Source of the DNA: an uncultured Caldilineales bacterium
GTDB lineage: Bacteria; Chloroflexota; Anaerolineae; J102
Length of the DNA stretch: 64,000 nucleotides
Assembly: GCA_964565065.1 (NCBI GenBank)
Contig: CAZMDD010000046.1
Coordinates: forward strand, 5,479-69,478
Reading direction: 5' to 3'
The translations under genes were made by a program, and so were the position numbers. Positions 1 to 8,212 of this stretch are shown here, in pieces. A model generated the notes under the pieces. The model saw only the letters and a list, made by a program, of their open reading frames with translations. It made no database searches and had not been told where the DNA came from. Each line of letters begins with the position of its first letter. The stretch's first letter is position 1.

Positions 1-1
1 G

Positions 2-259
2 GTGGCCGTGTTAGGCGTGCATACCAGCGCCAGCACCCGCACCAGCGCGGCAGGCTATGCCCGCGCACAACTGGGCGAACCCTACACGCTAACCACCTCT
101 AAAACCAACCAGAGCAAATGGTATTGCAGCAAATTGGTGTGGGCCAGCTACTACTGGCGCTCTGGTCACAGCATCAACCTGGACCCCAATGGCGGCTTTT
201 GGGTAACGCCCGATAATCTGTGGTATACCGGCTGGACTTACGTTCGGGCCATTGGCTAG
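2..259 (+). CDS. 3'-terminal fragment of a gene that starts before the window. It encodes the C-terminal part of an NlpC/P60-like (papain-fold) cell-wall peptidase domain.
   Basis: The ORF runs to the window edge. A G-x-PY motif followed by YCSKLVW resembles the NlpC/P60 catalytic cysteine context. Confidence 0.35.
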   Translation: MAVLGVHTSASTRTSAAGYARAQLGEPYTLTTSKTNQSKWYCSKLVWASYYWRSGHSINLDPNGGFWVTPDNLWYTGWTYVRAIG

Positions 260-300
260 AATTGCAAAAACCTATCATTTAATCACCAATCCGGGGCGGA

Positions 301-1425
301 ATGGCATTTCTGCCCCGGCTTTCTTTCATTTTGCTCATGCGAACTCGATTAGTCCTGTTTTGGCTGGCCCTGGCATTGGCTATTGGCATTGCCGGATGTG
401 AGGCCGCCCCTACGAAAAAGGCGTTTGATCTTTCTTACAAGCACCTGCCCGAACATCCGCTTTTTGCGCTTTCTGTGGCCGATGCCTGTATTGTGGTGCT
501 GGATGCTGACGCCCGGCAGGTGGTGGGAACCATCAAATCGCCACAGTTCAACGCCAGCACCGATATCGAGCTTAACGCCCGGCATGAGCTGGTTGCTACC
601 ATCGATGCCGATGCCGATCACGATTATCGGGAGATTCTTTTTCTTGACCCGGCCAAAGGTGAAGAGCGGGCCCGTGTCACAGTGGCCTGGGCTCCGGTTC
701 GACTGGGCATCTCTGCCGCCGATGCGCTGCTGGTGGGGCACACCCTGGAAAAAAGCAGCAATGGCCACTTTGATCTTAGCTTGCTGGATGGCGAGAAGCA
801 TCAGCTTATCACTGAGCTGGAGATAGATGGTTACGTGGGGGATATGCTTTTTGACGGTAATCGGGCCTATGTGGCACAAGTTGCGGTGCAACCTGATAAA
901 TCGTCGGGCATCCTGGTTTATGATTTGCAAAAAATGCGGCAACTGGCCTTTCACCCGATTCCGCAGTCCCCTGGGCAAGCGCCCCTTTCGCCAGCCAGCC
1001 TGGCGCTGGCAGGGGAGGGAAGTCTTTACATAAACCTATTTCAATTTGACGAGCACTCTCCCTGTCAACAGCGGGGGCAGTTGGTCAGGATGGATTTGGC
1101 CTCGGGCCAGGTTACAAACCTGATGACGCTGGATGATGTAGGGCCGATGGTGCGAACGTCGGGGAGCGACCTGCTGATAGGGGAGTCCTGCGGGGCCCGG
1201 CAGGGTAAACTACTGCGAATTGCACCGGAGCGGGGCGAAATCGTGCAAAGCTGGGAGCTGGGGCCCGGCATTAGCGACATCAGGCCGCTGGCAGAAGACC
1301 GTTTTGCCATCAGTATTTTCGAAGATAGCGCTATCGCCTTCTTTGATGCTCGCACTTGGGAGCTGCAAGAGAAGGTGCGACTCCCCTGCGTTTGGCCAGA
1401 ACAACTTGCCGCATCGCAGTTTTGA
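301..1425 (+). CDS. Hypothetical lipoprotein, probably a beta-propeller repeat protein
   Basis: A 374-aa ORF whose N-terminus has a hydrophobic signal ending in a lipobox (LALAIGIAGC). Short hydrophobic repeats alternate with Asp and Gly in a blade-like pattern. Confidence 0.5.
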   Translation: MAFLPRLSFILLMRTRLVLFWLALALAIGIAGCEAAPTKKAFDLSYKHLPEHPLFALSVADACIVVLDADARQVVGTIKSPQFNASTDIELNARHELVATIDADADHDYREILFLDPAKGEERARVTVAWAPVRLGISAADALLVGHTLEKSSNGHFDLSLLDGEKHQLITELEIDGYVGDMLFDGNRAYVAQVAVQPDKSSGILVYDLQKMRQLAFHPIPQSPGQAPLSPASLALAGEGSLYINLFQFDEHSPCQQRGQLVRMDLASGQVTNLMTLDDVGPMVRTSGSDLLIGESCGARQGKLLRIAPERGEIVQSWELGPGISDIRPLAEDRFAISIFEDSAIAFFDARTWELQEKVRLPCVWPEQLAASQF

Positions 1426-1456
1426 CGCCACGATAACGACCTGTTATCCTTGTAGC

Positions 1457-2215
1457 ATGAGCTTCCAATATCCTCCTAACCCCCCGCAACCCACCGAAGC
1501 CCCGCAGGTACGAATCCAGCTACCCCGGGGCACGCCAGTAATCACTTACACATTGCTGGCACTTACCATCGCGGTGTATCTTTTGCAGATGATTGCGCCC
1601 ATGCTTTTCGACCAGGATGTGGTAGGCATGTGGGGCATGAAGAACAACTACTTTATCACCCACGGGCAATGGTGGCGGCTGATAACGCCCATGTTTCTGC
1701 ATGGCAGCATTTTTCACATTGGCTTCAATATGTATGCCCTTTATGTGCTGGGACCCAGTCTTGAGCGCTTTTTCGGGCGTTGGCCCTTTTTGCTGCTCTA
1801 TTTGGTGGCGGGCGTTGCTGGCAATGTTTTTTCCTTCATCTTTTCCCCTTACAATTCCTTGGGCGCGTCCACTGCCATCTTTGGCCTGCTGGCCGGGCAA
1901 GGGGTGTTTCTTTATCAAAACCGAAAATTGCTTGGCAAAGGGGCGCAGCGTTCACTCAGTAACATCGTTTTTATCGCCATTATCAACTTTGTCATTGGGC
2001 TTTCTCCCGGCATCGATAACTGGGGGCATCTGGGCGGATTTTTTGGCGGAGCGCTGTTCACGTGGTTTGCGGGCCCCAAGATGAAGGTTACCCAGGGATT
2101 TTCCTTCCTGCGTTTGCAAAACACCCGCTCAGCCACTGTGGCGATGATGGTGGCGCTGCTTTGCTTGCTGTTTTTTGTAGGACTTGCATTTGTCTTTCAT
2201 GGCGCAACCCCGTAA
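1457..2215 (+). CDS. Rhomboid family intramembrane serine protease
   Basis: A multi-pass membrane protein with the GASTAIFG (GxSG) serine motif and a downstream WGHLGGFFGG histidine helix. I chose the internal ATG at 1457, because the upstream extension of ORF 1220..2215 overlaps the previous gene. Confidence 0.8.
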   Translation: MSFQYPPNPPQPTEAPQVRIQLPRGTPVITYTLLALTIAVYLLQMIAPMLFDQDVVGMWGMKNNYFITHGQWWRLITPMFLHGSIFHIGFNMYALYVLGPSLERFFGRWPFLLLYLVAGVAGNVFSFIFSPYNSLGASTAIFGLLAGQGVFLYQNRKLLGKGAQRSLSNIVFIAIINFVIGLSPGIDNWGHLGGFFGGALFTWFAGPKMKVTQGFSFLRLQNTRSATVAMMVALLCLLFFVGLAFVFHGATP

Positions 2216-2238
2216 AACACAATCCACCGGAGATTCGC

Positions 2239-3888
2239 ATGAAACGCTCTTTGGCTGTTGCTTTTTTGTTAGCATTGCTGCTCCTTTTGGGCCCGGGAAC
2301 CACCAGTTTTGCCCAGGAACCGGATGAAGATTGGCGCATGATGCGCGTCTATTTTCAGAATCAGGCAGAACTTAATGCCCTGGCCAACCGTATTGATATT
2401 TGGGAAGTAAATCGAGAAGGAGGCTATGTGCTTACGCGGGCGCCTGCACGCGTGGGACGCACCTTGTTGCAGCAGGGATTGCATGTTTCGATGGGGCAGG
2501 GCATGGTGCATCGGCAGTATTTGGGATTGCAACTGGCCCACCCTCGCACCTGGCACGGCATTTCCGGCTACCCTTGCTACCGCACTGTGGAAGAAACCTA
2601 CGACACCTTTGCCCGCTTGGCTGAACGCTATCCCAAATTAGCTCGCTGGCAAGATGTAGGGGATAGCTGGGAAAAGGTCACGCCCGGTGGCCCCGAAGGC
2701 TACGACTTGATGGCCATGGTTCTCACCAATCAGGATGTGCCAGGTCCCAAGCCCAAACTCTTCATCATAGCAGCCATTCACGCCCGAGAATACGTCACCG
2801 CAGAATTAGCCACCCGTTTTGCTGAGCATCTGCTGGCCAACTACGGCGTCGATGCTGACATCACCTGGCTTTTGGATCATTACGAGTGCCATATCATGCC
2901 GCAGGTCAACCCGGATGGCCGTAAAAAAGCAGAAACGGGCGAGCTATGGCGGAAAAACACCGATGATGACGATGGCTGTACTTTGCCTGGCTCGGTGGGC
3001 GTCGATCTCAATCGCAACAGCAGCTTCAAATGGAATCATGGTGGTGCATCCTCAGCCGCCTGCTCCGAAATTTACCTCGGACCCGAGGCTGCGTCTGAGC
3101 CCGAAGTGCAAGCCATTCAGCACTACGCGCGCAGCATCTTTGCCGACCACCGCGGGCCCGGAGATAGCGATGCCGCACCAGATGACACATCTGGCGTTTT
3201 CATCACCCTGCACAGCTACAGCCAGTTGGTGCTTTTCCCCTGGATTTGGACCGACACTCAACCGGCGCCCAATGCCCGGCAATTGCAGACCCTGGGTCGC
3301 AAATTTGGCTACTTTAACCGCTATACCGTGTGCAGCGATTGCCTGTACAGCGCATCGGGAACCACCGATGACTTTGTGTACGGTGATTTGGGGGTGGCCA
3401 GTTACACCTTCGAGCTGGGAACCCAATTCTTCCAGTCCTGCAACTTCTTCGAGCAGGACATCATACCCAAGAACATGCCTGCGCTGCTCTACGCGTTCAA
3501 GGCGGCCCGGCAACCCTATTTGGATGCTCTGGGGCCAGATGTGCTGGATGTGACCCTGAGCGCCCCTGCTGTTGCCGCTGGCACACCTATCACCCTGACA
3601 GCCAGCGCCGATGATACCCGCTACGCCAGCGGCCAACAGGGCGAGGAACCTGTTCAGGTTCTTGCTGCGGCCCGCTACACATTGGATGCGCCCTCCTGGG
3701 AAAATGCCCCCGCGCACATCATGCGCGCCCGCGATGGCGCCTTTGATGCCACCACCGAAATCATTACCGCTCAAATCGATACCACGGGCCTGACTCCGGG
3801 GCGTCATACCCTGTTTATCGAGGCGCAAGATGCCGATGGAAACTGGGGCGTTCCCACCGCCATCTTTCTAACCATCATCGAGCCATAA
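2239..3888 (+). CDS. Secreted M14 family zinc carboxypeptidase (carboxypeptidase T-like) with a C-terminal extra domain
   Basis: A signal peptide (MKRSLAVAFLLALLLLLGP) is followed by the M14 zinc ligand motif IHAREYVTAE (HxxE), NPDGR and NRNS motifs. The start is moved to the ATG at 2239. Confidence 0.8.
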   Translation: MKRSLAVAFLLALLLLLGPGTTSFAQEPDEDWRMMRVYFQNQAELNALANRIDIWEVNREGGYVLTRAPARVGRTLLQQGLHVSMGQGMVHRQYLGLQLAHPRTWHGISGYPCYRTVEETYDTFARLAERYPKLARWQDVGDSWEKVTPGGPEGYDLMAMVLTNQDVPGPKPKLFIIAAIHAREYVTAELATRFAEHLLANYGVDADITWLLDHYECHIMPQVNPDGRKKAETGELWRKNTDDDDGCTLPGSVGVDLNRNSSFKWNHGGASSAACSEIYLGPEAASEPEVQAIQHYARSIFADHRGPGDSDAAPDDTSGVFITLHSYSQLVLFPWIWTDTQPAPNARQLQTLGRKFGYFNRYTVCSDCLYSASGTTDDFVYGDLGVASYTFELGTQFFQSCNFFEQDIIPKNMPALLYAFKAARQPYLDALGPDVLDVTLSAPAVAAGTPITLTASADDTRYASGQQGEEPVQVLAAARYTLDAPSWENAPAHIMRARDGAFDATTEIITAQIDTTGLTPGRHTLFIEAQDADGNWGVPTAIFLTIIEP

Positions 3889-4807
3889 TCAGCACAACAT
3901 CCAGCACCATGGCCGCAATGAGGATGGTGAGATGCAGCATAGAGAATTTGAAAAGCCGGAAAGATTCTTTGCGTTCACCCTGATGATAAACTTGATAAGC
4001 CAATCGCATGAACTGTGCGCCGCTCAGCAGCGCAGCTATAGCATAAAGCCAACCCGAGACTCCAAATACAGTGGGCAACAGGGTAACCACAAAAAATAGC
4101 CACGAGTAGATGAGAATTTGCCGTCGGGCTTCCTCGTCACCCACAGCCACAGGCAGCATGGGCACATCCACGCGGGCATAATCCCGTTTGATGACCAATG
4201 TCAGGGCCCAGGTGTGAGGTGGTGTCCAAAAAAAGACGATGAGGAACAGCAACCAGGCGCCTAATCCCAAACTGCCAACCACCGCGGCCCAGCCCACCAG
4301 CGCCGGAATTGCGCCAGCTACGCCGCCGATGGTCACATTGTGATGCGTACGCCGTTTGAGCAGCATGGTGTAGATGAAAACATAATACAGCGTGCCCGCC
4401 AGCGAAAGCAGCGCCGAAAGCAGATTAAGCTGAGTGGTGAAGACAACAAAGGCCAGGATATTGAGCAGTACGCCAAAAATAACGGCATTGGTTGCAGGAC
4501 GAACATGCCCGGCAGGAACGGGCCGCAGTTTGGTGCGATACATGCGCTCATCGATGTCGCTATCGAGATAATGATTGATGGCATTGGCCCCGCCCGACGC
4601 AGCAATGCCCCCCACCGTGGCCCACAAAAAGGGCATCCATCCCACATGCCCGCCCCCCGCTACCAGCATAGCGCCCCACGTGACTACCAGCAATAACAAA
4701 ATAATTTTTGGCTTCATCAAGGTAAGATAAACTTTGATGAGAGGCGGGCGCTCTTGATGCACTTGTGTAGAGTCTTGCCGAGCTTTCGATGGCGTTTTTG
4801 GGGGCAT
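3875..4807 (-). CDS. ctaB: Protoheme IX farnesyltransferase (heme O synthase, UbiA superfamily)
   Basis: A polytopic membrane protein with UbiA-type Asp-rich motifs (NHYLDSDIDERM, DYARVDVPMLP) and overall CtaB/CyoE-like sequence. The start is set at the internal Met (MPPKTP...), giving about 310 aa. Confidence 0.85.
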   Translation of the reverse strand: MPPKTPSKARQDSTQVHQERPPLIKVYLTLMKPKIILLLLVVTWGAMLVAGGGHVGWMPFLWATVGGIAASGGANAINHYLDSDIDERMYRTKLRPVPAGHVRPATNAVIFGVLLNILAFVVFTTQLNLLSALLSLAGTLYYVFIYTMLLKRRTHHNVTIGGVAGAIPALVGWAAVVGSLGLGAWLLFLIVFFWTPPHTWALTLVIKRDYARVDVPMLPVAVGDEEARRQILIYSWLFFVVTLLPTVFGVSGWLYAIAALLSGAQFMRLAYQVYHQGERKESFRLFKFSMLHLTILIAAMVLDVVLIMAR

Positions 4808-4990
4808 GAGAGCAACTTCCGGTAGGGGAGGGGGTTCGGTGCAAGATGCTGCCATTGTAGTTGAGTGTCCCTGGCTTGTCAACACATGGGACTGATGGGG
4901 ATGTAAGAGATTGTCCATTGCGCTACCCTGTGCTATGATTTGCGCCGGGTAATGATTTATCGCCCCATCAGAAACCAAGAAGGAGAGCTT

Positions 4991-5440
4991 ATGCCCACGG
5001 TGACACTGCTTAGCTACACACAAATGGATGCTGTGCAACTATCAGAAACGCCCCTTCCTGCCGGAGCGGGCACCCTGCAAGAGAACTTGATTGAGTTTGG
5101 TGGCCGTATTTGCTACCGTTCCGATGCCAACATGGGGCAGAGTCCCCGGTTTATCGACTTGCGGGTACGGGAAGGCCATGAAGATATTCTGGAACATGTC
5201 CGCTTCATTTTTCGCGTCGAGGGCCAATTGCTTGATCGCGAGGTCTTGAATCTTGTCAGTTTACCCACGGTAGAATTTACCGATTTAGGCAACGCAAGCT
5301 GGATTTTTAGCATGAATGCCCGCAATGTTCGAGATTATTGGCGTCGCTCCGATTCAACGATGGCCGCAGAATTTGCCCGGCTGGCCAGACCCATTACGCC
5401 CGCAGTCTTCCGTGATTTGCCTGTGGAGGAGGAAGCGTAA
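4991..5440 (+). CDS. ThyX-like paralog (flavin-dependent thymidylate synthase fold) that lacks the RHR substrate-binding motif
   Basis: It carries GHEDILEHVRFIFRVEG (the ThyX HGHE..EH motif) and a C-terminal WIFSMNARNV segment (cf. ThyX WTVNARSL), but it has no RHRxxS..Q.S.RY motif. Confidence 0.55.
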   Translation: MPTVTLLSYTQMDAVQLSETPLPAGAGTLQENLIEFGGRICYRSDANMGQSPRFIDLRVREGHEDILEHVRFIFRVEGQLLDREVLNLVSLPTVEFTDLGNASWIFSMNARNVRDYWRRSDSTMAAEFARLARPITPAVFRDLPVEEEA

Positions 5441-5441
5441 C

Positions 5442-5960
5442 ATGTTAAAAGCCAAAGTAACATTGTTGGGGCACACCCCCATCCAGGGCATTCCCGAGCC
5501 GGAAAAACATGGGGCTGCCAGCTTCCTCATCGAGCACATCTCCCGCACATGCAGCCATCAGATTGTACGACACCGTCTGGCCTCGTTTAGCCAGGAAAGC
5601 CAGCGTTATGTGGATTTGCAAAAAGGTGGCTGGGAGCCGGTGATTCCTCCCGCCATCGCGGCCAAGCCTGAGGCCCGGGTCGTGCTGGATGGCGCCTGGG
5701 ATGATTTGCAGGCAGCTTATCGACAACTTCGGGCCATGGGCATCCGCAAAGAAGACGCTCGTTTTTTGCTGCCCAACGCTGCTGAAACCCGTTTGGTGAT
5801 GAGTCTGCACTATCCGGGCCTGCGTCATTTCTTCTGGCTACGACTGGACAAAGCCGCTCAGTGGGAGGTACAGGATGTAGCGCATCAAATGCTGCGACTC
5901 ATCTATCCCCTGGCCCCTGCAGTATTCCAGGACATTTGGGATGTGTACGGCAATACATAA
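5442..5960 (+). CDS. thyX: Flavin-dependent thymidylate synthase ThyX
   Basis: It contains the canonical ThyX signature VRHRLASFSQESQRYV (RHRxxSxxQxSxRY) and the C-terminal FFWLRLDKAAQWEVQ region. Confidence 0.8.
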   Translation: MLKAKVTLLGHTPIQGIPEPEKHGAASFLIEHISRTCSHQIVRHRLASFSQESQRYVDLQKGGWEPVIPPAIAAKPEARVVLDGAWDDLQAAYRQLRAMGIRKEDARFLLPNAAETRLVMSLHYPGLRHFFWLRLDKAAQWEVQDVAHQMLRLIYPLAPAVFQDIWDVYGNT

Positions 5961-5967
5961 ATTTTGA

Positions 5968-6110
5968 GTTACTACTAAGGTGGCCCGGCTAGAAACCACG
6001 AAGACACGAAGCCACAAAGGCACGAAGAAAAGAAAAAGCTTTGAAATTCTTGGTGTTCTTGGTGTCTTTGCGCCTTTGTGGTGATTGAAGTCGGGTACGT
6101 TAGTAGTTAC
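5968..6110 (-). mobile_element. MITE copy 1 (about 143 bp, inverted orientation) with a perfect 8-bp target-site duplication (TSD) AATTTTGA
   Basis: The terminal inverted repeats are GTTACTACTAA...TTAGTAGTTAC. The interior is near-identical to the seven other copies. AATTTTGA sits directly on both sides (5960-5967 and 6111-6118). Confidence 0.8.
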
Positions 6111-6148
6111 AATTTTGATAGTTATTCAGTTCTTTTGGAGCGTATCTT

Positions 6149-8206
6149 ATGAGACGACCAGCTAGTGGTGATTCAAGAAAAAGTATCCTCCTCTTGGTGA
6201 CATCCGCCCTGTTCGCTTTATTTCTGGCAGGATGTGCTAACGCCGATGTGACCCCTCAGGCCATCCCAACCAATGCCTCTCAACCTGCTACCGCAACACT
6301 GGTACCTCCTGTAGCAACGCCAACGCCTTTGCCCACAGCCACCGCCACACCAACACCAGCACCGCTAACATCAACAGACATCTTTAATGCTGTTTCTCCG
6401 GCAGTGGCTTTCATCGACACGCCCGCAGGTTCAGGCAGCGGCTTTCTTATCGAAGATGGCTACATTGTTACGAATGCGCATGTCGTTTGGCCCTTTACTT
6501 CTGTGCGTGTCACCTTTCCCGACAAAACAGAATTCAAGACTGTTCCTGTCCTTCGTTGGGATTTGATGACGGATATTGCAGTGGTAGGGCCTGTCGATAC
6601 CAACATCACTCCCCTACGCCCGATTGATGGCGAAGACTATGCCATTGGGAGCGATGTTTATCTCATTGGCTATCCGGGTGAGGTGGAGGACTTTCCGCAA
6701 CCGACACTCTCCAGCGGACTCATTTCGCGCAAACGTGAATGGGATTTTATGAAACTAACCTATTTTCAGACCGATGCCGCTGCAGTGGAAGGACAAAGCG
6801 GCGGCGTGTTAGTCACTGAAAATGGAGAAGTCATTGGCATTGCCGGATTCAACGCAGCGAAGAACAAATTCGGGATGATAGCTTCCGCTACGGATTTGAT
6901 GCCGCGCGTCCAGGCAATGATTCAGGGCGAAGATGTGGATGGCATCACCGATCATGCCATGTCCACGGGCGTTACCGCCAGTAATCAGCATCTGGTTTCA
7001 CTGGGCAGCTTCTGGGAGACCGCTGCCTTTGTCGTATGGGAAGAGCCGGGCACCGATGTCCAGGTCGAGATAACCAACAATCGCACGCAGAAGATATATC
7101 TTTCGGTGCTGGATGTCAATGGCGAGCCCGTAAGTTTTGGGCCGCAACATAATCTTGCCGTAACTCAAGGGCGTTTTGTCACGACACTGGACGCCCCCTA
7201 CTTTATCCTTGTTGCCAGCGATGCCGCAGTGGATAGCGGGATCATCTTATCGGATAAACTTTTGACACCTTACAAAGATCACGACGACAACCGCAGCCTT
7301 CACCCAGGCGAAAGCCATATCGGCACGATCGATGAGCCTTCTGATTTTGATGTCTTTAATGTGACATTGCAAAAAGATGAGACAGTTTATTTTAAAGTCG
7401 AGTCCATGATGATTGACGCTGTGCTCATCATTGACTCTGTATTCAACGGGCCCGATGAAATTTATGCCATGTCCGTTGATGCAGATGGCGTTTTTGGAGA
7501 GAATGCAGAGATTACTTTCACAGCGCCACGTAAAGGTGTCTATCATGTATTGGTGGGCGATGTCAATACCAACAAAATCGGCGGTTATCATTTAAGCATG
7601 GATAGACCGAATGAGGATGCACCAACGCCTGTTGTGCCAACGCCTACCCCTACTCCGACACCTACGGCCACACCCATAGTGACCGAAATGGGGGCGATGA
7701 TAATTTTTGATGGTGATGAGCAGAATCCTTACAGCATCCCATACCCCGCCGTCATGCAGGACATGAGAGGCACAAACGTATGTCAAGAATCGATGATTGT
7801 TTGCGCGCGTCATCGCATCTCCCACATTGGTCGTGCTGATTTTGCTATCTTTGATGCCGCCACCTTACTGACAGCCAGCCATGAGCAACTTGTCGAAGTT
7901 CTAAAGAACAGCATTGCAACGCAGGGGCTATCTTTACAAAGCGAAGAGACTTTTACCAATGCCAATGGCCTTGAGGTGACCATTTTTCATGTACTCGGTT
8001 TGCGGACCGATGGCTGGTATATTCTTCATGGTGATAAGGAACACGTTTTCTTTGGTCTCTTGGCGATTGCTTCAGTTAAGGAATTTTCGGAAATGAATAA
8101 CGATGAAAAGGCGTCGTTGGAAAAAGCCCTCAATCATTCCAATCTAAGTGATGTTCCAGCTTTGGTGCGTTATATGGCTGATCATCTTGATGTTATCAAG
8201 GACTAA
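6149..8206 (+). CDS. Secreted lipoprotein with a trypsin-like (S1) serine protease domain and a C-terminal pre-peptidase (PPC)-like domain
   Basis: It has a lipobox (LFLAGC), PT-rich linkers, and His (TNAHVV), Asp (TDIAVVG) and Ser (EGQSGGVLV) triad contexts. GGQSGG replaces the usual GDSGG. The GGYHLSM segment looks PPC-like. Confidence 0.75.
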   Translation: MRRPASGDSRKSILLLVTSALFALFLAGCANADVTPQAIPTNASQPATATLVPPVATPTPLPTATATPTPAPLTSTDIFNAVSPAVAFIDTPAGSGSGFLIEDGYIVTNAHVVWPFTSVRVTFPDKTEFKTVPVLRWDLMTDIAVVGPVDTNITPLRPIDGEDYAIGSDVYLIGYPGEVEDFPQPTLSSGLISRKREWDFMKLTYFQTDAAAVEGQSGGVLVTENGEVIGIAGFNAAKNKFGMIASATDLMPRVQAMIQGEDVDGITDHAMSTGVTASNQHLVSLGSFWETAAFVVWEEPGTDVQVEITNNRTQKIYLSVLDVNGEPVSFGPQHNLAVTQGRFVTTLDAPYFILVASDAAVDSGIILSDKLLTPYKDHDDNRSLHPGESHIGTIDEPSDFDVFNVTLQKDETVYFKVESMMIDAVLIIDSVFNGPDEIYAMSVDADGVFGENAEITFTAPRKGVYHVLVGDVNTNKIGGYHLSMDRPNEDAPTPVVPTPTPTPTPTATPIVTEMGAMIIFDGDEQNPYSIPYPAVMQDMRGTNVCQESMIVCARHRISHIGRADFAIFDAATLLTASHEQLVEVLKNSIATQGLSLQSEETFTNANGLEVTIFHVLGLRTDGWYILHGDKEHVFFGLLAIASVKEFSEMNNDEKASLEKALNHSNLSDVPALVRYMADHLDVIKD

Positions 8207-8212
8207 TTATCG

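Noticed and set aside
5838-6023. ORFs encoding the recurring peptide PLWLRVFVVSSRATLVVT (for example 5838..6023 -, 14153..14575 +, 16088.. N-terminal extension, 35564..36037 +, 42340..42783 +, 60360..60593 -, 49259..49591 -)
   Set aside because: These are translations of the MITE interior in various frames. They repeat because the DNA repeats, not because a protein family exists, and they have no independent start or RBS support.
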